Part shown: positions 17,002-25,626 of the stretch, in pieces
How the letters are laid out: the number at the start of each line of letters is the position of its first letter
Numbering within the stretch: the first letter of the stretch is position 1
NCBI GenBank assembly: GCA_965365355.1
Contig: CBDUBJ010000002.1
Location: forward strand, 8,178 to 72,177
Length of the DNA: 64,000 nucleotides
DNA from: an uncultured bacterium
GTDB lineage: Bacteria; Bacteroidota; Bacteroidia; Flavobacteriales; Flavobacteriaceae
Direction of reading: 5' to 3'
Notes under the pieces: generated by a model
What the model saw: only the letters and a program-made list of their open reading frames with translations
Databases searched by the model: none
Told to the model about the DNA's origin: nothing
Translations under genes and position numbers: made by a program

Positions 17002-18915
17002 ATGAACGTCATTGCGACCCGCGTGGCCGACTTCCTAAAAGAATTCCAGCCTTTTTATAATCTATCCCACGAGAATCTGTTGCAGATCGCAACGGCAATA
17101 CGCGTTATCCAGCTTGAGAAAAATAAAATGCTGTTTCGTATTGATGATCCGTTGCACGACAGCTTTTATGTCGTTGCCAATGGCGTTATCAATTTATTCG
17201 TAGTTTCGGACGCCGAAGAACAACTATTGAATAAATGTTTTCCCGGTGATATTTTCGGGCTTCGTCCTTTCTTCGCTAAGAATAATTATATGATGACTGC
17301 AAAAGCCCGCGAAGACAGCGTCGTTTATGCAATTCCAATCGCAATCTTCCGTCCGTTCGTCGCCGGAAATCCCGAAGTTCTCAATTTCCTTCTGGAAAGT
17401 TTTGCTACCAATACCAGAAACCCTGACGATAAAAAACGCGGGAAACTCATTTCTGACCAGGTTCATTATGGTGATTCGCAGCCCGAGATCCAATATTTCC
17501 AATCGCTTTCTTATAATAAATCTCCTCTAAAGTCGTCTTCTGTCGCTTTAATAAAGGATATTGCTCAGATGATGACCGACAATCTGATGGATTGCGTGCT
17601 GATTTCCCAAAGTAATAAGCCTGTTGGAATCATAACCGACATGGATCTTCGCGCAAAGGTCGCTACAGGCCGATATCCCATCACTGCTACTGCAGACAAG
17701 ATCATGGCCTCGCCAGTAGTCACGGTAGCAGAAAATGTGTCGCTTGCCGAAGCCCAACTCTTGTTGCTTAAAAATAACATTACGCACCTTTGCGTAACCC
17801 ACGACGGCTCTGAAAACTCGGAAATAAAAGGCATTATCGCACAGCGCGATCTTATTGTCGCTCAGGCTAGTAATCCTGGCGTGTTAATGAAGGAAATAAA
17901 GCGGTCGCAAAATGCGGCAGACTTGAAAATCGTGCGCAGCAAGTTAACAGATCTTGTGTCGACGTCCATTTCCAAAAACATTCCTCTTACACATATTAAT
18001 AATATCGCCGGAGAAATTAATCTCGCGATGATACGCCGCTCAATCGAACTCGCAATTCTAGGGTTGGGCTCTCCTCCTGCACGTTTCGCATGGCTCAGTA
18101 TCGGAAGCCAGGGCCGAAAGGAACAACTGCTTCATACCGATCAGGATTCGATTCTCGTCTTCGAAGATGTTTCGCAGGAAAAATACCGCGACGTCAAGGA
18201 TTATTTCCTCAAACTAGCCAAGCGGACGACCGCCATTCTTGAACATATCGGATATCCACTTTGTCCAAATGGGCATATGGCAAGCAACATGTTATGGTGC
18301 AAATCGATTTCCGACTGGATCAAACAGTATACAAACTGGATGACCAAACCCGGAGAGAAAAACAACGATATCAGCAGCATTTTCTTTGACTATGAAATTG
18401 CCTTTGGCGAACTGAAGCTTGAAGAGGCGATTACTGAAGCGATCTTTTCGAATGTTGCCGTGAAAAATTCTTCTTTCTTTGATTATTTGGGCAATGACAC
18501 TTTACGGAAGCCGCCTGCGCTAAGCTTCTTTAAGAAATTCAATGTCGAAGAAGAAGGCGAAAACGAAGATAAATTCGATATTAAAAATCGGGCTCTTATG
18601 CCGCTCGTTGATGGTGCCCGCCTTTTGGTACTTAGCCAGAATATCCGCGGCATCAATAATACTTTTCAAAGATTCAAGCAATTGGCAATGGTCGAGCCAC
18701 GTCATGCCGATGTTTATCTAAATTGTGCCGAAGCATTTCTCGTACTTTCAAAGTTTCGCACACAGGAAGGTTTAAAGTATGACTCTAACGGTCAGTTTAT
18801 TAATATCAAGGAGCTGTCAAGGAATGACCGCGATCGATTGAAGAACGCACTTGCGCCGATGCGCGATCTTGAAGATATCATCAAAGACAAATTCAGGTTA
18901 ACCCAATTTTCGTAA
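17002..18915 (+). CDS. cNMP-binding + CBS-pair + DUF294 nucleotidyltransferase signal-transduction protein
   Basis: cNMP domain (GDIFGLRP), two CBS motifs (VGIITDMDL, MASPVVTV), Pol-beta-like GSQGRKEQ..TDQD, and DUF294_C (FDIKNRALMPLVDGAR). Confidence 0.9.
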   Translation: MNVIATRVADFLKEFQPFYNLSHENLLQIATAIRVIQLEKNKMLFRIDDPLHDSFYVVANGVINLFVVSDAEEQLLNKCFPGDIFGLRPFFAKNNYMMTAKAREDSVVYAIPIAIFRPFVAGNPEVLNFLLESFATNTRNPDDKKRGKLISDQVHYGDSQPEIQYFQSLSYNKSPLKSSSVALIKDIAQMMTDNLMDCVLISQSNKPVGIITDMDLRAKVATGRYPITATADKIMASPVVTVAENVSLAEAQLLLLKNNITHLCVTHDGSENSEIKGIIAQRDLIVAQASNPGVLMKEIKRSQNAADLKIVRSKLTDLVSTSISKNIPLTHINNIAGEINLAMIRRSIELAILGLGSPPARFAWLSIGSQGRKEQLLHTDQDSILVFEDVSQEKYRDVKDYFLKLAKRTTAILEHIGYPLCPNGHMASNMLWCKSISDWIKQYTNWMTKPGEKNNDISSIFFDYEIAFGELKLEEAITEAIFSNVAVKNSSFFDYLGNDTLRKPPALSFFKKFNVEEEGENEDKFDIKNRALMPLVDGARLLVLSQNIRGINNTFQRFKQLAMVEPRHADVYLNCAEAFLVLSKFRTQEGLKYDSNGQFINIKELSRNDRDRLKNALAPMRDLEDIIKDKFRLTQFS

Positions 18916-19509
18916 ATGCTCGAATGGCTTAAAAATATCAATAAGGAATATCCGGAATTCTGGAAGCGATATCTTGTCAAATTTGAGAAGAAGCCAGAGC
19001 GATATGTCGTTTTGCGAACGCATTCATCCGGACACAATCCATTAAAAGATGTAATTTTTTCATTTGGCGCAGTTTCGATCATCCATGACCAGATCATTAT
19101 CGGCGACAGTTTCGAAGTCATGTTGTATCAGTACAAATATCTGCATGACAATGACTTGCCAAATACATTTATCATAGAAAGTCCGCTAAAGAAAATGCAC
19201 GAACCACAGGCGATCGAAGAGCTCGTAGGTTTTATTGGCAACGCGATCCTGGTTGGTCATCAGGTTCATCATGATGTCGATCTGATCAATGAAGCTCTCG
19301 ATAAATTAAATGCCGGGCGATTAAAAAATGAAGCGCTTGATCTTGAGATCATGCATCGAAAATGGAAAGATACCGATAAACATTTTAATATCGATGAGCT
19401 GCTTTCGGCTTATAAATTTGCGCGAGGTGAAAATTTTACAGCATCCGAAGAGGCGTATTATCTTGCTTTGGTTTTTCTGCAACTGAAATCAAAGTTGGGA
19501 ATCAAGTAA
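18916..19509 (+). CDS. DnaQ/DEDDh exonuclease-like protein, catalytically degenerate
   Basis: Fold motifs VVLRTHSSG, LVGHQVHHD and FTASEEA; ExoI D/E are replaced by R34/H36 and the ExoIII His is lost; abuts the DUF294 gene. Confidence 0.75.
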   Translation: MLEWLKNINKEYPEFWKRYLVKFEKKPERYVVLRTHSSGHNPLKDVIFSFGAVSIIHDQIIIGDSFEVMLYQYKYLHDNDLPNTFIIESPLKKMHEPQAIEELVGFIGNAILVGHQVHHDVDLINEALDKLNAGRLKNEALDLEIMHRKWKDTDKHFNIDELLSAYKFARGENFTASEEAYYLALVFLQLKSKLGIK

Positions 19510-19983
19510 ATATATCACTTCACGAAATCGTCCGTGATGGCTGACAGATGCGATGTAATTCTTATCTTTTATTTCTACAAAAGGAATATAATTTACTGTT
19601 TTGATTTTCATGCAGTTACCATCTTTTATCTTTCTTAATGATTCAAAATCTTCCGCGCATCTGGAAGCAATCAGATCATTTGAAAAACTTGACTTGCCAT
19701 GATATCGAAATTCTTCAAATCGGACAATTGATGTTTGATTGTTGGGATTATAGCTGCATTCAAATGACTTCGGATTATATTTCCGTATTCCGGTTTTTCT
19801 GTTGGCAATCTTATACGCGGATTCTTTAATGCTCCAGATTGTCCAAAAAATCAATTCAGGTTGTTCAGCCGATAAAACTGTAGCGATTTCGCTGTCGGTA
19901 AGGACTTTCTGAAAATAACCTTTTCGCCAGATATTGCTTTCACGCCTTGCGGCTTCAAAATCCACTACATCATTACCGATCAT
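19489..19983 (-). CDS. 4'-phosphopantetheinyl transferase (AcpS-like)
   Basis: MIGNDVVD and WSIKESAYK motifs. Confidence 0.9.
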   Translation of the reverse strand: MIGNDVVDFEAARRESNIWRKGYFQKVLTDSEIATVLSAEQPELIFWTIWSIKESAYKIANRKTGIRKYNPKSFECSYNPNNQTSIVRFEEFRYHGKSSFSNDLIASRCAEDFESLRKIKDGNCMKIKTVNYIPFVEIKDKNYIASVSHHGRFREVIYLLDSQL

Positions 19984-20234
19984 TTTTGTTCTATTTTCTG
20001 CTGAATAATATCAATCGATGCTTTAACCGTCAGCATTTTTTCCATCGATTCATTGTCGATCGTAATGTCGAATTTTTCCTCAACATCCAGTACGACATCA
20101 ACGAGGTTTGCCGAATTGATCTTCAGGTCTTTGATGAAATCGGTATCCTCGCCGATTGTGTCGAGCGCAGGCAGATTTTTGGAATATGGCTTTACAATTT
20201 CCTTGAGCTGTACAATAACGTCGTGGCGATCCAT
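19980..20234 (-). CDS. Acyl carrier protein
   Basis: Acidic 84-aa protein with DLKINSANLVD (Ser attachment site) and EEKFDITI. Confidence 0.9.
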   Translation of the reverse strand: MDRHDVIVQLKEIVKPYSKNLPALDTIGEDTDFIKDLKINSANLVDVVLDVEEKFDITIDNESMEKMLTVKASIDIIQQKIEQK

Positions 20235-21499
20235 CAGATTTTAAATTTCCTAAAGATAACACAAGCATTTACATCACCAAAACCAAAACTTGCCTTCGCG
20301 ACGATATTAAGATCCATATTTTGAGTTGCAAACGGAATTCTGTTACGATCCACCATTTTCTCAATTTCCGGATGAAGATCTTCGCAATTAAGATTTGCCG
20401 CGACAAAGCCTTCCTTTAGCTGAAGAATCGCCGCGATAGCTTCGATGCTTCCCGATGCTGATAAGCAATGTCCTATCAATGATTTCGTCGCATTGAGGTA
20501 CGGAAAGTCAGCTCCTTCCCTTTTCAATGCCTGTGACCAATTTGCGATTTCTAATGGATCTTTTGACGTGGCTGTGAGATGTCCGTTTATAAGATCGATT
20601 TCTTCAGCATTAATTCCTGAGTGCTCGATTGCCTTTCTGATGCAACGCTGCACCGCGATGCTGTTTGGAGCTGTCATTGTTCCTCCATTTCGCTGGCCGC
20701 CCGAATTGATTTCCCCACCCAAAATTTCACAATAGATATTTGCGCCGCGTTTAATTGCTTCATCCAAATCTTCGATGACCAAAGCTCCTGCGCCGCTTGC
20801 AGGCACAAAGCCTGATGCCGATGCGCTCATTGGACGTGAACCTTCCACAGGATTATCATTGTGCTTGAATGTGCATACACGCATCGCATCAAATCCTGCC
20901 CATATATACGGGCCGGAATCACTTGTGCTGCCAGCCAAAATGCGTTTCGCTTTGCCCGACTTGATACGATCGAAAGCCATCAAGATGCTTTCCGTTCCTG
21001 TTGTGCACGCCGAAGAATTTGTAGTGACCTGATTTCCGAGTCCGAACTTCCCTCCGATCCACGCGCTGATTCCGCTGTTCATAGTTTGGGAAACCGCAGT
21101 GCTACCAAGCCGCCGCGTTTGATGGGCATCGATTTTATAGATGCTTTCCCTGAATTTTTCGATTCCGGATGTTCCTGTTCCGAAGATGGTTCCGCTGTCC
21201 CAATCAGGATGATCGTTTAATGTAAGTCCTGCATCTTCCCAAGCCTCGGATGCTGCCAGAATGCCGTACAATATGCCCGTCGCTGCGAAATTGCGTAATT
21301 CCAATTCACTGAAATGCTTATCGATTAAATCTTGCGTGAGTTTCGGTCTCCCTGAAATCCGGCATGAAAACTCAAGCTCTGCCAGTTGAGGATCGAATTC
21401 TATTCCCGAAATGCCATTGCGCAATGCTTGGATGAATTCCTCTTTCGAGTTTCCGTTTGGAGCTACAACTCCGATTCCGGTAACCACTACCCTATTCAT
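20234..21499 (-). CDS. Beta-ketoacyl-ACP synthase (FabF-like)
   Basis: VVVTGIGVV; Cys in SSACTTG; His in NGHLTAT and IGHCL; SFGFG. Confidence 0.9.
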   Translation of the reverse strand: MNRVVVTGIGVVAPNGNSKEEFIQALRNGISGIEFDPQLAELEFSCRISGRPKLTQDLIDKHFSELELRNFAATGILYGILAASEAWEDAGLTLNDHPDWDSGTIFGTGTSGIEKFRESIYKIDAHQTRRLGSTAVSQTMNSGISAWIGGKFGLGNQVTTNSSACTTGTESILMAFDRIKSGKAKRILAGSTSDSGPYIWAGFDAMRVCTFKHNDNPVEGSRPMSASASGFVPASGAGALVIEDLDEAIKRGANIYCEILGGEINSGGQRNGGTMTAPNSIAVQRCIRKAIEHSGINAEEIDLINGHLTATSKDPLEIANWSQALKREGADFPYLNATKSLIGHCLSASGSIEAIAAILQLKEGFVAANLNCEDLHPEIEKMVDRNRIPFATQNMDLNIVAKASFGFGDVNACVIFRKFKI

Positions 21500-21929
21500 T
21501 TCCTGAAATTATCATCCCGGCGATCGTCGCGCTGCAAATCGGTAATCCGTTTGAATTATACATTGATACATAGCATTTTAGCTTACCAAATCTAAAGTAC
21601 TTTTTGATTGATTTTACGATGACTTTGTCGCCGGGATAAACACTGTTTTCGAATTCCGCTTCCACCGATGTCAATGCGATGCTACGATTTTCTTTAGTGT
21701 CGCCGAGCAAATAGATCCCGAATGCAGTCAATCCAATCTGTGCCATCGTTTCTATCAGGATAACACCCGGAGTGACAGGCCTGTCTTTAAAATGGCCCGC
21801 GTAAAAAACAAGATCATTTCTAAATGTAAAATTTCCTTCAATCGATTCTATATCGACCTGTGTGATTTCGTCAACAAACAAAAAAGGCTCACTATACGGC
21901 AGACGGGAAATTATTTCGGAATGTTCCAT
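21492..21929 (-). CDS. 3-hydroxyacyl-ACP dehydratase (FabZ/FabA-like)
   Basis: LPYSEPFLFVD and GHFKDRPVTPGVILIETMAQ hot-dog fold motifs. Confidence 0.9.
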   Translation of the reverse strand: MEHSEIISRLPYSEPFLFVDEITQVDIESIEGNFTFRNDLVFYAGHFKDRPVTPGVILIETMAQIGLTAFGIYLLGDTKENRSIALTSVEAEFENSVYPGDKVIVKSIKKYFRFGKLKCYVSMYNSNGLPICSATIAGMIISGNE

Positions 21930-22705
21930 CAGCCGAGACTTTCGCCGCCATCGGCAATTATTGTTGTGCCGGTAATCCAGCGCGCTTCATCTTTGCATAG
22001 CAGATATGCGACATTTGCGATGTCTTCAGGTGTCGTAAGCCTGTTGTTTGGATTGCGCTTAACTCCTATTGCCAGTATCTTATCGCTGTTGGGAATACGA
22101 CGCATTGATTTTGTGTCGGTAACCCCTGCACAAATACAATTGCTTTTAACTCCGAATGGCGCCATTTCCAGTGCAATGCTTCTTGATATTGCTTCGAGAG
22201 ATGCCTTTGCTGCTGAGACGGCTGCATAATTTATCATCGATTTTCGACTTCCTTCCGAAGTGAAAGCTATAATTCGGGTATCAGTAGATAATATATTAGC
22301 TTTTAGTAATTTATCAGTCCAATCGTAAAGGGAAATTGCCATTGAATCGACGGTAATTCTGAAGTCCTCTGACGAAAGATTCTGGTTTCCTGTCATTGGC
22401 TTCAAGCTGCCTTTCGCAATGCTGTGAATCATGCAGGAGATGTTACCATTGCCAATTTCGGATTGAATTTTTCGAATGATTTCGTCCACATCTCGTACCG
22501 CATCTTTATTAAATGTAAGCAGCCTGATTCCCGCTTGGCTGATCGAATGAAAACTCTTTTCGACTTCCTTCATATTTTCCCGTGTATCGCGGTGCACGAT
22601 GATCAGGTTCATTCGATGTGCTGCGAGCTTAACTGCCGTCGCCAAACCCAGGCCGCTGCTGCCGCCTAAAATCAAACCCCATTTATTTTCAAATTCCTTT
22701 ACCAT
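21929..22705 (-). CDS. Enoyl-ACP reductase (FabI/FabL-type SDR)
   Basis: GGSSGLG; the Y-x6-K motif YAAVSAAK typical of enoyl reductases. Confidence 0.8.
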   Translation of the reverse strand: MVKEFENKWGLILGGSSGLGLATAVKLAAHRMNLIIVHRDTRENMKEVEKSFHSISQAGIRLLTFNKDAVRDVDEIIRKIQSEIGNGNISCMIHSIAKGSLKPMTGNQNLSSEDFRITVDSMAISLYDWTDKLLKANILSTDTRIIAFTSEGSRKSMINYAAVSAAKASLEAISRSIALEMAPFGVKSNCICAGVTDTKSMRRIPNSDKILAIGVKRNPNNRLTTPEDIANVAYLLCKDEARWITGTTIIADGGESLG

Positions 22706-23751
22706 TTTAGCAGAACACGTTGTGCGGAAAATCCAGGTCCAAAACTCAACATCAATCCTGTTTCAGATTTTCTAGGTTTGGTTTTTAAAATTTCTTCAAG
22801 GACATAAAAAACAGTTGCACTTGACATATTTCCGAATAGACGCAAGATCTCTTTGGTGGCTTTGATATTTCTGCCGTATTCGTGAAAAATCCCTTCGACA
22901 GTCTGGATGATTTTTTTTCCGCCTGGATGAAAGATCAGATGATCTATTTGATCCATCGAAAGGCCGTTCTTAGAAAGAAATGGCGAGATGATATTATCGA
23001 AGTGCGAAGCGATCGTATCGGGAACTTCAATGTCTAAAACCATCTTTAAGCCGTTATTCGTAAGTTTAAATCCCATCATGTGTTCGGCGTCGAAAAAATG
23101 ATACATTCCGCTATCTATGATTTCCGGACCTTCCGCAGTTTCATCGGACGTCAATAAAACACACGCCGCACCATCGCCAAAGATAGCAGCACTGACCACG
23201 TTTGCCATCGAATGATCCTCAAGTTGAAATGTTGCCGTAGGCGATTCAAATGCAATTACAGCCGCACGTTTTCCGGGATTTGCTTTGAGAAATTCGTTTG
23301 CATAAATGATTCCTGAAATTCCAGCTGCGCATCCCATTTCGGTAACCGGAAGCCGGACAATATCCTGCCTGAGTTTTACGAGATTTATCAGATATGCATC
23401 AAGCGACGGAATCATGATTCCTGTGCAGCTGACAGTTATTATAAAATCAAGTGTTGAAGGTTCCCAGTTTGCGGTTTGCAGCGATTTTCGCAGCACCTTC
23501 TCGCCCATTTCAATGGCTTCGCGAGTATAAATATCATTTTTTTCCTCAAATGAAGTCGCCGTGAAAACTTCCGATGGTTCCATGATGGAATAGCGTGTAT
23601 CGACAGCAGCATTTTCGAAGATCTTTTTGACCTTTCTTACAAACCTCTGATCTTCGCCATCAAGCCACGAATCGACATAATCGAGGACTTCGGATGTATG
23701 TCGGGAATATTTCGGAACCTCGCTGCAGGCTGTGACAATTCGTACACTCAT
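22699..23751 (-). CDS. Type III polyketide synthase (chalcone-synthase-like)
   Basis: Cys-His-Asn triad: MGCAAG, FHPGG, FGNMSS; also FGDGAA and SFGPG. Confidence 0.95.
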   Translation of the reverse strand: MSVRIVTACSEVPKYSRHTSEVLDYVDSWLDGEDQRFVRKVKKIFENAAVDTRYSIMEPSEVFTATSFEEKNDIYTREAIEMGEKVLRKSLQTANWEPSTLDFIITVSCTGIMIPSLDAYLINLVKLRQDIVRLPVTEMGCAAGISGIIYANEFLKANPGKRAAVIAFESPTATFQLEDHSMANVVSAAIFGDGAACVLLTSDETAEGPEIIDSGMYHFFDAEHMMGFKLTNNGLKMVLDIEVPDTIASHFDNIISPFLSKNGLSMDQIDHLIFHPGGKKIIQTVEGIFHEYGRNIKATKEILRLFGNMSSATVFYVLEEILKTKPRKSETGLMLSFGPGFSAQRVLLKW

Positions 23752-24455
23752 TTGTTAAAGATAATCCATTGATATCGGAACGCCCAACGCCATTTTATCA
23801 AATATTTCGAGATTCCCGCTTTTTGGCAATATTCTAACAAGTCCTGTTTTTTAAAGCCACGCAGAATTGAAACAAGTCCGTCCTCGCGCGACATTTGGTT
23901 CAATGAAAAAATTGCGCAGATGAGTTTGAATAATTTATAGGCAACTTTGCTTCGCTGCAAGTCGTTGATCACAATTCCGACCAATGCCATTTTTTTAAAT
24001 TGCTGCAGCAGCGCCAATATCTGCTCGTCTGAAAAATGGTGAAGTGTAAGCGTGCATAAGATAATGTCGCATTTCTGCGATTCAAATTCCGAAGAAAATA
24101 TGTCCAGAGTTCGAAATGAAATCCTGCTTTGGTCTGATAATTCCTTGGCGTTCTGTATTGTCGCCGGATTGGCATCGATGCCGGTCAATTTAAAATTCAA
24201 ATTATTCCGGAGCGCAAAGTCATCGAGTTCCCGAAGCATATCGCCATTCCCGCATCCGATGTCGATAATCGAAAATTCACGATCAGGTTCATTTGCAATC
24301 AATTTTTTGACTCCGTCGATCGTGATCCGGTTTCCACCCAGAATTCGATTAATTATAGCTATTTTCTGCAGTGCATCAACGAGCATTTCACCGCTTAGGG
24401 TAAAATCATCCATCATTTCGGCTTCGGTCGACCTGAATGTCGTATCGATTTTCAT
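23748..24455 (-). CDS. SAM-dependent methyltransferase
   Basis: IIDIGCGNGD motif I; LTLHHF; INDLQR. Confidence 0.9.
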   Translation of the reverse strand: MKIDTTFRSTEAEMMDDFTLSGEMLVDALQKIAIINRILGGNRITIDGVKKLIANEPDREFSIIDIGCGNGDMLRELDDFALRNNLNFKLTGIDANPATIQNAKELSDQSRISFRTLDIFSSEFESQKCDIILCTLTLHHFSDEQILALLQQFKKMALVGIVINDLQRSKVAYKLFKLICAIFSLNQMSREDGLVSILRGFKKQDLLEYCQKAGISKYLIKWRWAFRYQWIIFNK

Positions 24456-25570
24456 ATCATAATGGGTTTGCCGTGAGTCGACCTGATAATTGAAGGCAAA
24501 ACGAATGGAAAATGAGACAGTCCGCGCATCAGGTAACGGCTTATATCGGGTTTTAACATCATCGCCGAAAGTACTTTTCCGGCCTGGATCCTGTTTTTAA
24601 AATTGGTATTCCACGCATATTGATAGTTAACTTCCATTTCATCGCGGGAAATCTTTCCTGATAAATACGCAGATATGATCTCACTCGCAAATTTGGCACT
24701 GTGGATCGCCATCGCCATTCCGTTTCCACACAGCGGATGGATGAGGCCGGCACTGTCGCCTGTCATGACGATGTGATCATCGATTGCCGGTTTATGATCA
24801 AAACTAATCTGACTGATGGTCAGCGGTTTTTCAAACAGTCCAACGGCATGCGAAAACAACTTATCGAGATGCGGATTTAAATGCAGAACGTTTTTCTGAA
24901 AGTCGTCGACATTACCATATGCCCGAAAGGACGTATAACTTGTCAGATAACAGACATTTGTAATTTCGTTTTCAACTTGTGATACACCGCAATAGCCGCC
25001 CCGAAAATTATGAAGCGCCACCGAATCATTTGGAAAATCTGTCTGATAATGTGCTTTTACTGCCAGCCAGGGTGATTTCTGGGAAATGAATTTTCGCTTT
25101 AATTTCTGGTCAAGCAACGATCTTTTCCCGAATGCTCCGATTGTGATATTGGAATTATATTTCCTGCCGTCGGCGGTACTGACTATAAAGGCATCTTCTG
25201 AAAATTGTATGTCAGTAACAGTTTCGAAAATAAATTCTGCGCCGCATGAAAATGCTTTTTGATAAAGAAGATTGTCGAGCGCGAACCTGCTGATGCCGAT
25301 GCCGCCCAGTGGAAGTTTGGCCTTTAGAAGTCTTCCTGATGCTGTAGAAATCTGGAATTTCGAAATCTTTGGCAGGCTTAGCTCGCTAAAATCAATTCCG
25401 AGGTATTTTAAGTATGGAATGATCTCGTTGGAAATGTATTCGCCACAAACTTTGTGTCGTGGATATTGATGCTTTTCGATGACGGCCACGCGATGCCCGA
25501 TTTTGCACAGATGAATCGCTGCTGTCAGTCCCGCAACCCCGCCGCCAATGATGATAACTTCTTTATCCAT
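24452..25570 (-). CDS. FAD-dependent oxidoreductase (GGR/aromatic hydroxylase-like)
   Basis: IIGGGVAG dinucleotide fold; HKVCGEYIS; GDSAGLIHPLCGNGM. Confidence 0.85.
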   Translation of the reverse strand: MDKEVIIIGGGVAGLTAAIHLCKIGHRVAVIEKHQYPRHKVCGEYISNEIIPYLKYLGIDFSELSLPKISKFQISTASGRLLKAKLPLGGIGISRFALDNLLYQKAFSCGAEFIFETVTDIQFSEDAFIVSTADGRKYNSNITIGAFGKRSLLDQKLKRKFISQKSPWLAVKAHYQTDFPNDSVALHNFRGGYCGVSQVENEITNVCYLTSYTSFRAYGNVDDFQKNVLHLNPHLDKLFSHAVGLFEKPLTISQISFDHKPAIDDHIVMTGDSAGLIHPLCGNGMAMAIHSAKFASEIISAYLSGKISRDEMEVNYQYAWNTNFKNRIQAGKVLSAMMLKPDISRYLMRGLSHFPFVLPSIIRSTHGKPIMI

Positions 25571-25626
25571 AGCCTAGCTAAGATAATCAAAGGCCATCGG
25601 AAAATCAAATGGTTAAAAACGGTATT

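Noticed and set aside
19489-25570. Flexirubin/aryl-polyene or dialkylresorcinol (DarAB) pigment cluster
   Set aside because: Only one KS and one ACP; no chain-length factor, DarA/DarB, acyltransferase, glycosyltransferase or export genes; the core enzyme is a CHS-type type III PKS.
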